DNA of 64,000 nt, taken from the human T2T-CHM13v2.0 reference genome, Homo sapiens. This document shows, one piece after another, positions 48,104-61,774 of the stretch (position 1 is the first letter of the stretch; each line of letters starts with the position of its first letter). The stretch is from the NCBI RefSeq assembly GCF_009914755.1, contig NC_060930.1; one strand, given 5' to 3'. The position numbers were made by a program, and so were the translations under genes. Below the pieces are notes generated by a model. That model saw only the letters and a list, made by a program, of their open reading frames with translations. It did not search any database and was not told the origin of the DNA.

Positions 48104-48540
48104 GTTTTGATTGAAATTGCACTACATCTAAACATAAGGGAAATTAGAATCTTAATTATGTTGAGTTTTCAATCCATAGACACTGTCTGTCTCCAGTTAT
48201 TTAAATCTTCTTTGAATTTTAATTCCATAATATTTTAGTTTTCCACATATACATCCTGCAAATGTTCTGTTTTTTCTAAGTATTTGATTTGTTAATGTAT
48301 TATACACATTTTGTTAATTTTAGTTCCAAATATCTATTGACAGTATATATAAATATTATTGTTATTTATATGCTGATTTTTTTTATTATTTATCACTGGC
48401 AAACCTACTCATGAGTTTTAGGAGGTTATTTTACAATCCTTGGGATTTTCTATGTAGAAGGGTAAGCCATTTTACAAACAAGACAATTATTTCTTCCTTT
48501 TCAATTTCTACCTTTGAAAAAAAATTTTAAGAAACTCTCT

Positions 48541-48839
48541 GGAAACCATCATTCTCAGCAAACTATCACAAGGACCAAAAACCAAACACCGCCTGTTCTC
48601 GCTTATAGGTGGGAATTGAACAATGAGAATACATGGACACAGGAAGGGGAACATCACACACCAGAGCCTGTTGTGGGGTGGAGGGATGGGGGAGGGATAG
48701 CATTAGGAAATATACCTAATGTTAAATGATGAGTTAATGGGTGCAGCACACCAATATGGCACATGTATACATATGTAACCAACCTGCACGTTGTGCACAT
48801 GTACCCTAAAACTTAAAGTATGATAAAAAAAAAAAGAAA
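48541..48839 (+). mobile_element. Short 5'-truncated L1PA (L1PA4/5-like)
   Basis: ORF2 end, 3'UTR and A tail; 12-bp TSD AAGAAACTCTCT (48529-48540 / 48840-48851). Confidence 0.95.
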
Positions 48840-49269
48840 AAGAAACTCTCTTCAACGCATTGGCTAAGACTTATGGTAAGATATTGAATAAGTATGCTCA
48901 GAATATATATCCTTACCTTGTTCCCAATTTAAAATGGTAGGAATTCAGCTTTTCACTACCCAATATGATGCCTGCCTTAGTTTCTTGTTTGTCTTTACAA
49001 TGAATAAATGTGACACTTTGAAATTATTATTTTTTGCCTCAGTTGACATAATTATCTATTTTTTCTTTATTTTATTAATATATTAGGTTAGGTTGATTTA
49101 TTTTTGCATGTTAAAACAGCCACGCATTACTGGGATGAACCATATTTATGATGCATTTCTCTTTTCATGTATTGTTGAATTCAATTTGCTAATATTGTGT
49201 TGGAAATTTGCATCTGTATTCATGAAGGATGTTAAGCCTGCATTTTCCTTTATTGTACTATCTTTTTGT

Positions 49270-50030
49270 GGCTGTAGATTGGTGAAGCCATTATGGAAAA
49301 CAGCATGGAGATTTTTAGAGAAATGAAAAATACAACCATCACATGACCCAGCAATTACTCTTCTAAATATAGATCCAAAGAAAATGAAATCACCACCAAG
49401 TAAAAGATATCTGCACTCCCCTGTTCACTGCAGCATTATTCATAGTAGCCAAGATGTGGAAACAACTTAAGTAATAATATCAATCAATGGATGAATGGAT
49501 AAAGCAACTGTGATAGAATACACAACAGGATATTTTTCAGACTTAAAACTGGAGGAGATCCTGTTATTTGCCACAACGTGAATGAACCTAGAGGACATTA
49601 TGCTAAGTGAAATAAGCCAACACAAAAAGAAAAATATTACATTATCTCACTTTTATAGAATCTTAACAAAAAGTCAAATATGCAAAGAGAGAAAATAAAA
49701 CAGGGTTACCAGGGGCTGGATTGGTTGGGATGAAGCAAATGGGAAATGTTGGTCAAAGGATAGAAAGTAGCAAATACGTAAGATGAACAATTCTAGAGAT
49801 TTAATATAAAACATGAGAACTATAATTAATGATGCTTTTTGTATTCAAGATTTTTGCTAAATGAGCAGATTGTAGCTGTTTTTGTCACACACACACCAAA
49901 AAAAAATGGGTAACAATGTAAGATGATGTACATGTTAATTAGCATTGCTATAGTAAGCAGTTTTCTCTATGTCTCTCATAATATAATGTTGTATACTTTA
50001 AATATGTACAATAAAATTTATTTTTAAAAA
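49270..50030 (+). mobile_element. L1MA (L1MA8-like) 3' fragment
   Basis: GCCATTATGGAAAACAGCATGGAG..AAATCACCACC..AGATATCTGCACTCCC..GAGGACATTATGCTAAGTGAAATAAGCCA..ACAATAAAATTTATTTT. Confidence 0.85.
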
Positions 50031-52840
50031 TTGATTTTTTTTGTTTTTTGAAGAAATTTTATAGAATTGATGTTATTTCTTCTTTAAACATTTTGAAGAA
50101 TTCTTCAGTGTAAACATGCAAGTAGATTCTTTTTTGAAAGTTTAACCATGAATTCAATTTTTCTAATAGAGCTAAGAATATTCAGGTTATATATTTTATG
50201 TCAATGAGTTTTGATAGTTTGTGACTTTCATCTACATGTAGAATTGTCTTCATGTTACTGAACTGATTTACATAAAGTCACTTATATTATTCCCTTATTA
50301 TTATTTTAATTCCTGTGAACTTAGTACTGACTTTTGTTCCTAACATTGGTAATTTATTTCCTCTCTCTTTTTTTTTATTAGGTTTGCTAGAATTTTATTG
50401 ATTTTATTGATCTTTTCAAAGAAATAGCTTTGGTTTTCCTGATTTTCACAGTTTGTTTTCTGTTTTCAATTTCATTCATTTCTATTTCTATGTTATTTCC
50501 ATCATTCTGTTCAATTTGGTTTATTTTACTCTACAAGCCCAAGTTTTTTAAGATGGAAACCTACACAATTATTTTGAAACTTTTCTACTTTCCTAATATA
50601 AGTATATAATGCTATGAATTTCCCTATAAACCCTGCTTTGTCTGATCCCAATATTTTTAATATACTGTATTTTGATTTTTATTCTTTTCAAAATACTTTA
50701 TTTTGCCTCTGTCCCTTCATATTTGACTCATGGATTTCTTGCTTTTTTATTCAATCTGATAATTAAAACTATGATGATCAGTCCACTTATATGGTTTGAT
50801 TTGAATCTGTCATATTAATAGTTGCTTTGATTTAAACCCATGTATTTTTTTTTCCTTTTCCCTTTGTTCTTGCTTTTTGGGGTGATTAATATTTATAAAA
50901 TTAATATAAAATATATGGTCTTGTTTATCTTGTATAACTTATTAGTTAATACACCCTTTTGAGTGTTTGCTCTAAAGTTTACAATATAAGACTTTACTTT
51001 ATAATACTCTATCTTCATGTATTCTTATACCACTTCACGTACAGTGTAAGAAACTTTCTGTTTATCACTTTCCATACCTTGTGCTATTTTTGTCATACAT
51101 TATTCTATAAATAACATAATTCCTCAAATATATCATCACTATTTTTAATAGGCAGTTATTCTTTAAAGAATGTAAAATAAGAAAAATGTATTTTTAATTT
51201 ATGTACAATTTTAGCAACACTTTTGATTGATTTATTGTGTTTTATCTATTTAGTATATTTATCAAAATTTGCATTTGATGTTACTCCTTCCTTTACCATT
51301 TCTTATAGGGCAGTTCTGTGTAAGATGCATTCTCTGGAATTTGTTCATCTGAAATATCTTTTATTTGACTTCATTATTAAAATATATGTTCATTATACAT
51401 AAAATTGTTAGTTGTTATTTTTAAGGCATTTTAACGTCACTCAATTGTCCTCTGATTTTTCTTGATTTTTAACAAAAGCCAACTCTAATTCTAAATTTTT
51501 GTTCTTCTGTAGATATTTTCTTTTTTTTTTAATCTTCTGGAAGTCTTCAATATCTTCTCTCGATTGCTAGTGTCAACAATTAACGGTGCCTGTCTGAGAT
51601 GTGTGTGTGTGATTATACCATTTTCTCCTCAAATTTATCTTCTTCCCTATGCCTTCTAAATTCTCTTACCAAGACTTCAATTATTATACATACGTTAGAC
51701 CATTAGGTATTGTCCCACAGGATACCATATTCTAAATTTTTTAATTTTTTTGTATTTTAGTTTGGATAATTTCTCTTGAACTACAATTTTTATTTCCACT
51801 GTATCCATTCTGTTGATAAAACTGTCAAAGGAATATTTGTATTTGATATCTTTTTTGTAGCATTTCCATGTGACTCTTTTTTTTTTCTATTTTCCATCTC
51901 TCTAACAAAATTCTCTATTATGCTCTTGTCATAATTTTAAAACTTTTTATATTTTTATATGGTACTTCTTTAGGTCTAGTTCTATCAATTATGTATTCTG
52001 ACAATATTTTTGGTAATTTTTGATGGAATAATAGGCATTATAGGCCAAAGAACATAAGAAACTGCAATAAATAGAATTTATGCCTCTTTCTCTTTCAAGC
52101 TTTTGGTGTGGGGAGTTCAACTGAGTCAATTATTGAGCAGAGTTTAACTTTTGTTATTGCTGTAATTATGTCAGCACACTACAAAGTTCAAATTTATTCA
52201 ATGGTGTGATGCTACTAAGTCATTCACAGTGTTTTATCCTCTTCTTCTATTAGACCTAGATGCCTGCAACACAGAGATGTTCTATATGGACATTCTTGCC
52301 CTTCCCCCAGTTTTAGATTGTTGTGGATTTTACTGCATGCAAGTGTAATTTGGAGGGCAGGGTAGTTCTCAGCTCTGCTGGTCATTCTTTATTCCTAGAC
52401 AGGTTTTGTATGCCTGGGCCTCAGGGATAGGGGTTTCTTAGCTTCTTACTCTTCGTTCTCATGGAAGCCAGTTTCTTATATCTATGGAAAATCATGAGTT
52501 GGAAGGGAGTGTGTATATCCTCTCAGATTGGTAGTCAAACTGCCTTTCATCAGTTTAGTATCTTCAGCCCAAGTGGATTTTTCCAGTTGTTCCTCAGTAG
52601 CAGACAGCTTGTTTATTTTCTGTCATCCAAGGTAGTACATAATCTCTGGGTTCTTTATTTGAGAGGGTGTTTTACACTCTTCCAATAGCTTGAGGACTTC
52701 TTTCATAAGAGAGTAAGGTCAGGAATATGGTGAGATTTTGTATGTATGCACTATACTGTGGGTGCTTTATCTGGTTCACTGTTCTGTGCCCGATGCATCT
52801 TGAGAGCATCTGGTATTGACCCATATTAAAAGCTTTGAAG

Positions 52841-53702
52841 AGTTGGTAGATAATTCTCCTGATATGGCTTGGATGTGTTTCCCCTCCAACCCCCAAGTTG
52901 TAATGTGACCTCCAAAGTTGTTATGGTCCTAGTAGGAGTTGTGTGGGTCAAAGAGGTAGACCCGTCATGAATGGCTTGGTGTCCTCATCATGGTAATAAG
53001 TGAGTTCTCTCCTACTTTACAGGGGAACTGATTGTTTTGGAAACGTGTGACACATCCCTGCTTCTCTCTTTTTTCCCACTCTTGTCATGGGGATATGTTG
53101 GATCTCCCTTCACCTTCTGCCATGATTCCAAGCTTCCTGAGCCCTTCACCAGAAACAGATACCGGTACCAGTCCTGTACAGCCTACAGAACTGTGAGCCA
53201 ATTAAGCCTGTTTTCTTTATAAATTACCTAGCACCAGGTATTCCTTTATACTAATGCTAAAACAGACTAACACATCTCCATGTGGAGATAATATGTAAGA
53301 ATGGCATTGTCTTTTATTTTTTATAACTGTCCATGGAGATTCAGAGAAATAATATCATGGGATAGTTGTTTCAAATTGCTGCAAGCCCCTTAAACTAACT
53401 CGATGCTAGGTCTTCCATTCCCAGATCAGAGCCATTTTCCACCAGACAGCTCTCATCATTGATTAGTTTGCTGGAGACAGCATCCACATGGGCCACCTCC
53501 AGCTTATCCTTATGGGACTTCAGGGACAAAGAAAACTAGTGTAAACCTGAAGGTCCTTCTGCTTCTTGAAACATGAGTATTAAAATCCTTTATCTCTGAC
53601 TCAGTAGTCTTGTGTCCTCTACTAGCATCCATGAAACTGTAGTATGCTAAAATCTTAGCTTGTAAGTAGGATAAAATCTCAGACCCTTGATTGTTCTTGA
53701 CA
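52841..53702 (+). mobile_element. ERVL LTR (LTR40-like), interrupted near its 5' end by MSTB
   Basis: Starts GTTGGTAGATAATTCTCC|ATG and ends CTAGCATCCATGAAACTGT..AAGTAGGATAAAATCTCAGACCCTT..TTCTTGACA. Confidence 0.7.
52860..53274 (+). mobile_element. MSTB-like MaLR solo LTR
   Basis: TGATATGGCTTGGATGTGTTTCCCC..CAGCCTACAGAACTGTGAGCCAATTAA..CAGACTAACACA; perfect 5-bp TSD TCTCC (52855-59 / 53275-79). Confidence 0.9.
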
Positions 53703-55149
53703 GCAAATTCTTGCAATGTCTTGTCATCTGTTTGTTTCTCCCAGGGATTGTAAATGCTCATAACAGTCTTTTAAGAAGGCATTCAAATTTTATCTCTTTC
53801 TTGTTTACTTATTTCTTCTTATGATTTACCCAAAGTGAAGCAGTTCATGTAACTGTTCCTCTTTTGGAGTTAATGGTCACTCTTTGGAATTCAGTTCATT
53901 TGATAAAATCAAGTAGCTTTAAATTTTACAGATTATCTAGGGGGTGTTTTCATCGTTATTAGGATGACAGTGCCATTTTCTTATGGCCTTGTACACTCTT
54001 TGCTTGTCTTTAAAAATTTGCATGTTTTGTTGTTCTGCAGTTGGTCCATGTGCCTTACAGATTTTACTTGATGTCAATATATGCATTTTCTCCTTAATCT
54101 TTTCACTTGCCTCATGATATATCAAAGTATGAATTATACAATAGTTTCCCTTATAATGAATATTTAAATATTATCTGATGATTCCTGGTTCCAAATAGTG
54201 TCTATTCTTTATAGGCCTTCTTGAACATGTGTGTAAGCATTATGCTGAGTAGTTATCAGAAGTATGATTTCCCTATCATTGTGTTTCCACATCCTTTATT
54301 TTTCTATTGATTTGTAATAGTTACTTATTTATTATATATATACTAATTTTGTGTGAGTTCTGCAGACATTTTCTACTATACTTATATGTTAACCTTAATA
54401 ATGATGCTTCAGTTATAGTGGAAACTTTGTTTAATATTTTCCTCTGCGATGTTTATTTTTGTCTTAATAATGCTTTCCTTAAAGTTATAAAAATATTCTT
54501 CTGTATTTACTTTAGAGGCTTAAATGTATATTACATGTTTAATAATTTTTGATTGTGTTTATCATTTTTGTTAAGTTTATGCTTTTTTAATTTTGAGATT
54601 TATTATTACAAATAGTATTAACTTATTCTAAATTTGGAGTAATTTTTATACTTAATAATTTTCAAAAGGTACAAAATCCTTTGTGGACTCTGTTCTATCA
54701 ATCTACTAATTTATTATTTATTATTGGTTATTACCTTACTAGTTTTTTGTACTTATAATGTAGTTTGGTACTTGGTAGAGTAAGATCTATTACTTGGTTT
54801 GGTTTTTTTCAATTTATGTTGCTTGTTCTTATATAACTTTGCTGGATGAAGTTGACAATTAGTTTGACAAATTTTGTAATAATTGTATTGGGATTTTAGT
54901 TAGTTTGGATTAAATTTATGGATTAATTTGGAGAGTCTGGCTTCTTTATCATCATGACTCTTCCTGCCATTACTTTGGTTTATATTTTATTTATTCATAT
55001 TTTATTTACATTACATTTCAGTATTTTATTCTGAAATGTCTTAGATTTTTCTTAGGTTTATTTCTAATCATTTAATAGATCATAGCTGCAATTAATATTG
55101 ATCTTTTTATTTATGTATATTTCTAATTGGACATTACTGAAATAGAAGT

Positions 55150-55390
55150 GGTGTTAAAGCTTGCTAATTCGAATCATGAGCTTCAGAGCCATAATGAACC
55201 CCAGTTTTGCCACTTACAAGTTATGTGACCATAGCAAAATTAATTATAATTTTGTATACTTAAATTTTCTCATTTGTAAAGTGGCTAAAATTACAGAACT
55301 TATTTCAAAAGGTTGTCATAAAAATAAATAAGGTAACACACATAAAAAAATCTCTAATATTTGAGAAATGTAAAGTACCCAATACATGTT
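55150..55390 (+). mobile_element. MIR
   Basis: CCCAGTTTTGCCACTTACAAGTTATGTGACC..TTTTCTCATTTGTAAAGTGG..AGGTTGTCATAAAAATAAAT. Confidence 0.75.
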
Positions 55391-56149
55391 ATGCGGAATT
55401 ACAAGGACACTTAATTTTTCAGTGTTTTCTCAGTTCATTAACGAGTTTGTATTAGGAGTGCAATTATATTATCTAGAGAATGAATGTTATTTCTTCCTCT
55501 CCAACATTAATTTCACTTGTTTCTTTCTTTATCTGTATATAAGTTGGTTGGAACTTCAGTACAAAGTTAATATTGGGATTAAAGCCAGTATCCTAGTCCG
55601 TTCTTTAATAAAATGTTTCTAATATTTAGCCATTATGTATGATTCTTACTATAATATGTTTTTAGACTCAATCTCCACATAAGAAAGTTTGCCCTCTTCT
55701 AAGTTATTTATGAGATTTTTATTAAAGTATATATTTCTTTTTAAAACATATTAGATATAATTCATTGGATATTTGTTTTGTGGTCTATTGAGAGAATTCT
55801 GTTAAGCCTCTCTTCTTTATTAACAGAGTAGATACTATTGTATATAACATGTTTTAAAATGTTAAACTACACCTGCATATCTGGATAAATCTAATAGGTC
55901 AGATTGATGCTTTTCACTTAATATACTTAATGATTGTTCTATTCTCCCTTTCTGTCAGTCTGTTTATATAAAAGATTATTCCAAAGCTCTTTTTTCTTCT
56001 CTTTGTTATGAAGGCTTATCCAGTCTCATAAAATGAAATGAATAAGCAACATCTTTCATTTAAACAATCATTCTGTATTAATAAAATAATGCTACAGCAT
56101 TTTCAATGGCTGCATAGTACTTCTTATTTTACTGCAATATTGACTTAAT

Positions 56150-56450
56150 CCATCAGTTTTTCACTTATTTAAACATATTTACTATGTACCTCCCATGTGT
56201 TTAACATCATTCTCAGTGTCCACTATACAGCAATAAACAAAACAAATCTCTGACCTCATGGAGCTGATCTACTTTTAGACTATGACAAATAATAGACTAC
56301 TAAATCAATACGTATTGAATGTCAGCCATGTACATTTATTTCAAATAATTATTTTAATAATTTTAAAAAGCAGAGCAATGAGTATAAAATGTACTGTTTT
56401 ATACAGGATGATTAAGGATAAAATGTACTGTCATATATAGGTTGATTAAT
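56150..56450 (-). mobile_element. L2 3' relic (contains a 34-bp tandem duplication at 56384-56449)
   Basis: AAACATATTTACTATGTACCTCCCATGTG..ATACAGCAATAAACAAAACAAATCTCTGACCTCATGGAGCT. Confidence 0.7.
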
Positions 56451-56779
56451 ATTTCTTTTAATAAATATATAACTTTTATTTAGATTTGCCAGTGTGTGCT
56501 AACTTCAGCTTTTGCTATACAAATGATTAGCTTACCATTTTCTTTGGATTACTTGCTCAGTTAATTGGAAAAATTTTTTTGATAATTCCCTCAGAGAAGA
56601 TTTGAGGGAGTAACTTGTCTACTTTCTTTCACTTTGTTTAAAAGTATGTTTATTTTGTCATTACACTGTGTTAGCAATAACTATAGAATCCTAAGTGTAA
56701 TATTTATTATCTGAAAAATTTTAAAATACTGTTACAATTTATGGTAAATAGTAGTATTAATAGTTTATTTTATTAGTTT

Positions 56780-56975
56780 TTGAAAAATGTCAGCCTTCAT
56801 TTTAGATGCAGTGGGTACATGTGCAGGTTTGCTACGTGCAGGTTTGTTGCATTATGCTGAGACATAAACCTGACACCCAGGCAATGAGGATTGCACACAA
56901 TAGGTAGTTTTTCAGCCCTTCCCTCAGCCCCACCTTTTGATGTCCCCAATGTCTATTGTTCCCATCTTTGTGTCT
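56780..56975 (-). mobile_element. Old L1PA (PA15/16-like) 3' tip
   Basis: TTTTAGATGCAGTGGGTACATGTGCAGGTTTG..CAATAGGTAGTTTTTCAGCCCT..TGTCTATTGTTCCCATCTTTGTGTC. Confidence 0.8.
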
Positions 56976-58289
56976 TGGTAGTGAGGAATCTGAGATATTT
57001 CTGATTCTCGTTAATTAGCAGACTCTAATCTAAGGGTTTTTTTTCCCCCTTTCTATTGTCTTTACCATATTTTTGGATAGTTGCTGACATTATTATTTTA
57101 TTTATATTACTATTAATTTGTCTTACTCAATAGATGAGTCCTCACTGGGGTCTTTTAATGTGACTGTTCTTTTTTCTTTACTCCTATTTTTGGGAACTTT
57201 TTGTGAATTCTTTGAATATTGTTTATCATTTATCCTCTCTAGTCATTCTCTGGAATTAATTTTAAAACATGAAAGAGACATTGGAAGTTTCTTCCACTTC
57301 AATTAACCTTTGTTTCTTGCACTTTTTAAAAGAATTTAGATATATCAGAAATATCTTCAGCTATGTCTATCATTTATATTTAGTTTAGTTTTGTTTTTAA
57401 CTCAAATGATCCATGTTAAATATCTGTAATAACATTTAGCATTTCTTATATGTATTCTATTCCTTAGTGCATTTCTCTGAAGATGTTAAATGTTTTGACT
57501 CTGTATTCCTGGTCTATTTTCTCAGTTATCTCTGTTACCTTTATCGAAAGTTATTTCTGCTAATTCATTATTATGCCTTTGCTCTTTTGTGCTATAGGTT
57601 TCTCTCAACATCTGATGATGGATAGATAGATATAGATACAGATATATCGATGTATGTCATGTATATGTCCGAGTGTATGTGTGTGCATGAGATTTGTATT
57701 TGTTTATTTATTAGACATATTACTAAGTTGGCTTGTACAATTTATATATAAATATTCAATTGGACAGGACTTGCTTCAGAAGCTAGCACAGTTGCTTGTG
57801 TAAACAGAACCAGAGAACTAAAATATATCAATCTTGCTGGATGGAGTGTTTTCCTAACTAATATTATTAACATGAGAGGCATAGTATTTTTTGACCCACC
57901 TTGTATTACCTTGTTGTCACTAAAAGTATGGAGGAAAACACCACTGTTACTGCTTTCTGGCTCAAAAGGTTGGAGGAAGTTCACAGATGAAGGTCCCTAC
58001 TCAGGCTCTTGCCAACGGATAAATATCAAGGTTGCTGTCCAACCTTGATAGTTACCCTTTGGCAAACTCCTGCCTCTATGATCACCCCCTTTGTAGATGG
58101 ATCACTCTTAGTGTTGCTCCCACCTTCTCAAGTAGCCTTTCCTGCTTACGTTTTGTCTTGTATCTTTCTTCATTGATTCCATCTTGTCTCCTTGCCAGCT
58201 TTCAAAAGTTCTTCACAATCTCTGCTAAATAGAAATACACCAGCCAAACCTCTTACTTCCTTAATATCATTGGAGGACATCTTACATAC

Positions 58290-58507
58290 CATAGGTGGAC
58301 AATTTTTTTTGTACCATCTAGTAAATATTTTAGACTTTGTGGGTCATAAGGTCTCTTTTGCAACAACATAACTCTGCTCTTTTACTGTGAAATATTTCAT
58401 GGTTAATATACAAATAAAATAAAAATTTGTCGTGTCCCAATAAAACTTTATTTATGAAACAGACAATAGGCAGGACTTGGCCTGCAGTCCATAGTTTGCT
58501 TTCCCAC
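58290..58507. mobile_element. MER58A-like hAT-Charlie MITE
   Basis: TAGTAAATATTTTAGACTTTGTGGGTCATA..CCAATAAAACTTTATTTATGAAACAG..TTGGCCTGCAGTCCATAGTTTGC. Confidence 0.8.
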
Positions 58508-59464
58508 ACTAGATAATATAAGCTTAAAGGATTTCAAACAACCATTTCTTAAACTTAATTTTTGAAAAAAATCTTTCTACTGCCACTTATCAATTTGGAA
58601 TACCGCTCCAAATTCTTCAAGAGATGAAAGTAGCACGATATCTTTTATCTTCATTAATTTAACAAAAATATTTTTACATCTGAAAAGGAATGCATGCCGA
58701 TAAATACAACTTCAGGGTAAGGAATAATTCAGAATATTTTAAGTTCATATATATTATATTTTCCTCCATTGCTTCAAACTTCCCAAAGATGAAAAAGGAA
58801 GCTTCAATCTCAAATTCCTGAACAAGATGAAAAATGACTCATAACTACATACTCTGCTATAAATATGAAAATAAAATCTGCAGTATGTAAAGTAACTTGT
58901 TATATAAATTTCCACAATATTATTTGTTTAAACTAGAGCGAATAAAATATATACTTGGCATCCATGTATAAAATATACTTGATAATCTTTATAAATGCTG
59001 GGGGAAATGTTCATAATAAAAGCATGATCTGTAGTAATGCAAGAGATATTAGGTAGGATTTAAAAGTCATTAAGAGGGTATTTGTTTTTATTTAAAACAC
59101 AATGAGAATATAAAAACATTAACAGGTTACACTACAGCATGTGTAGAGTTATTTTATATCTTTTAAGATAATTGTGTTATATTTCTTCAGGTTTCTATCC
59201 CTTAATGGCAGATTTACTCTTTGTATATGAGTCCTCTCAGTTGAATTACCACAATTTACTCTCCATTCTTTCTCTGGTAGTGTCCCAGAAAGACACACAT
59301 TTTTTTAACAGGGAGTAAATACTTGCACTTTCATTGCTTTACACCTCATTCTTTTCTACTGGTCATCGCCAATTTTGTTTGTGTGACTCTATGCTCACTG
59401 TATTGCCACCACTGGTCTTGTGCTCATATTGTTGTTATCCTCTCTATACTCAGGTAATCACTCT

Positions 59465-59970
59465 TGTAGAGGAAGGTGTACACTAGATACCGCCCCACCC
59501 CCAAATGCAATCTTTGTCCTTCTCTGTCTTGCTTCCTTCCCTGGAAGTTCCATCCCTGAGCATTGCAATGCCAGGGTTTCCCTGCTAGCTGGCTTCCAGT
59601 TGGATTTAACTAATGAAAAGGACCAGCAAGAGATGGGGATATGAGACAGATCAGAAGGCTTTTTTTTTTTTTCATCTGCCTTCTATGTCTTTCAGCAGTG
59701 TGTTTCTTGCAGTACTTGTAACCCTTCAGAACCTCATCTTACCAGCTGATTACTCCCACATTGTTCCAACAGTCATTGGGCTTCTGTAACAGTTTTCTCC
59801 CTTTGCTCCTTCAATCCTAACAGTCACAAAGGCTTACTACTCTTTTCTAGCCTCTATTTACCTACCTTATGTTTGTTTCCTTTTTGCTGTCCTCACCCTA
59901 TAGGTCTTCTTCTGTTTAAAATCCCCTCACTTAAATTATCTGTCAGCCTTCTTTCTTGCTGGACCATGTT
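59465..59970 (+). mobile_element. LTR33-like ERVL LTR
   Basis: CTGGCTTCCAGTTGGATTTAACTAATGAAAAGGACCAGCAAGAGAT..TTGCTCCTTCAATCCTA..TTTCTTGCTGGACC. Confidence 0.6.
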
Positions 59971-61069
59971 GTAAGAAATAATTTAGATCCTGAATGATTT
60001 TCTTTAGCTGATTTCTGCTGTTTTTTAACTCTCCCAGCTCCATATCTAATCTTTATAAAATTGGAATACATTTTCTAAAATAAGCATTTATTTCTTAAAT
60101 TCAATGCTACGGACTAGTAATACAAATATAAGCCTACATATACATAGAACGTTTATAGAATTTGAAGTCTAGAGGATTACATGGTTCATATAACAATAAT
60201 AATGTAGTATCTTTTTCAAAAATTTCCATGTAGTCTCTGTTCCAAATATTTATTTTTGACCTTCATTAATGAGCGTTTTTAGATTTAGTCCTACACAACT
60301 TAATGCTCTTCTTAAATCGATTTCCTTCACTATTCTTCACTCTCTAAAAGTTTAAAATTTGACTTTTGTTTTTTCACCTTGAAATCTTCTTCTCCATATA
60401 AAAAGAAAACACTGGTAGTTAATAATGAATTTATTAACAATAAATCTATAGCGTAATTTATCCCAGAAGGATTGACTTCTCCTAATAGATTGCTGGCTCA
60501 CCTAGAATTTCACAGCTAGGGAGCCACTTTCTTCAAAGTAATGAGCAATTATGACATTGTCACCAAACAATAGCATACTGTCTCCACAAATCTCAATATA
60601 AAATATTTTGCCTTTGGGAAACATATCAAGGAAATTATTGAAACTCAAGGAGTCTTCCATTACTTAGTCTATAATGTTTGTTGACTGCATTTATATAAAT
60701 GTGGTTAAAAATGTAATACTAGATATTATTGCCTGGAAGCATGAGGAGATGATAATATCACTGATGTAAAAAAATACAGTTCTTCACTAAAGTAGAACGC
60801 TGCTTTTATTACAAATTACAGTTGTCATACTGAAGTTTAATTAAAATTTCCTCTAGAATTGAAAAGACTTCGCATCAAGAGACTATATCCTATTGTAAAA
60901 CCTAGGAGAAACCATTTCTTTTTTTGAGTAATTTAAGTTTGTCAACATTATAATAGCTGAGTCTCACTTGGAGATAAACTGTGAAATCAAGTGTATATTT
61001 TTCACAATTCTTTCATCATTCTCCATTTTTACCATGGTACACATTCAGTGGAATATGTATCCCTGCCAC

Positions 61070-61347
61070 ACTGGAAAAAATGGGATATTAGAAAAATCCT
61101 GAATGTGTTGGCAGTGTTTTCCTTATCTACTTGTGTTCATGCCTTTCACCATGAGAAAGGCCTGCCCCATGTTGCTACTTCTACCTGAGAAAAACAGGGA
61201 GCTGTTCTGGAAATACACCTGCTGTTCATAATCCACACTGACTCTCGAACTTGTGTATTAAAGAAATGATTGCTAGTTTTTATAAGCCATTGTAATTTTG
61301 GGATAGTTTGTTATATAGCATAGTCACATCAATAGTTGCATTATACA
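61070..61347 (+). mobile_element. MLT1-type MaLR LTR relic
   Basis: CACCATGAGAAAGGCCTGCCC..TTTTATAAGCCATTGTAATTTTGGGATAGTTTGTTATATAGCAT..ATACA. Confidence 0.65.
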
Positions 61348-61444
61348 AACTCTTTAGCAGAGAAATAATCAGAGGAATTCTAATAAATGAGACTTGCTGA
61401 AAGACAATAGAACAGATTTGCATATCATTTAACAAATGCAAGTA

Positions 61445-61774
61445 CAGTCATATGTAACAACATTTTGGTCAACAATGAACCACATATAAGAAGGTGGCCC
61501 CATGATATTATAATACTGTAACTTTACTGTACCTATTCCATGTTTAGATACACAAATGTGTCCCATTGTGCTACAGTTGCCTGAAGTATTCAGTACAGTA
61601 ACATACTGTACAGGTTTGTAGCTTAGGAGCAAGAGTCTATACCATATAGCCTGGATGTGTAGTAAGCTATATCATGTAGGTTTTTGTAAACACACTCTGT
61701 GAAATTTACAAAATGGTGAAATTCCCTAAAGATGCATTTCTCAGAAAGTATCCCCAATATTAAGAGCATAACTG
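61445..61774. mobile_element. Tigger3a/MER7A MITE
   Basis: TA|CAGTCAT..GTATTCAGTACAGTAACATACTGTACAGGTTTGTAGC..GCATTTCTCAGAAAGTATCCCC..ATAACTG|TA, with TIRs and TA TSDs. Confidence 0.88.

Larger units (their letters stand above)
47690..52840 (-). mobile_element. Long decayed L1M (L1MC/MB-like) ORF2-ORF1 body, interrupted by younger L1 pieces; probably continuous with 46260-46390
   Basis: Antisense ORF2 relics: ATGTTGAGTTTTCAATCCAT, CCTTGGGATTTTCTATGTAGA, TTTGCATCTGTATTCATGA, ATTTTATTGATCTTTTCAAAGAA. Confidence 0.65.
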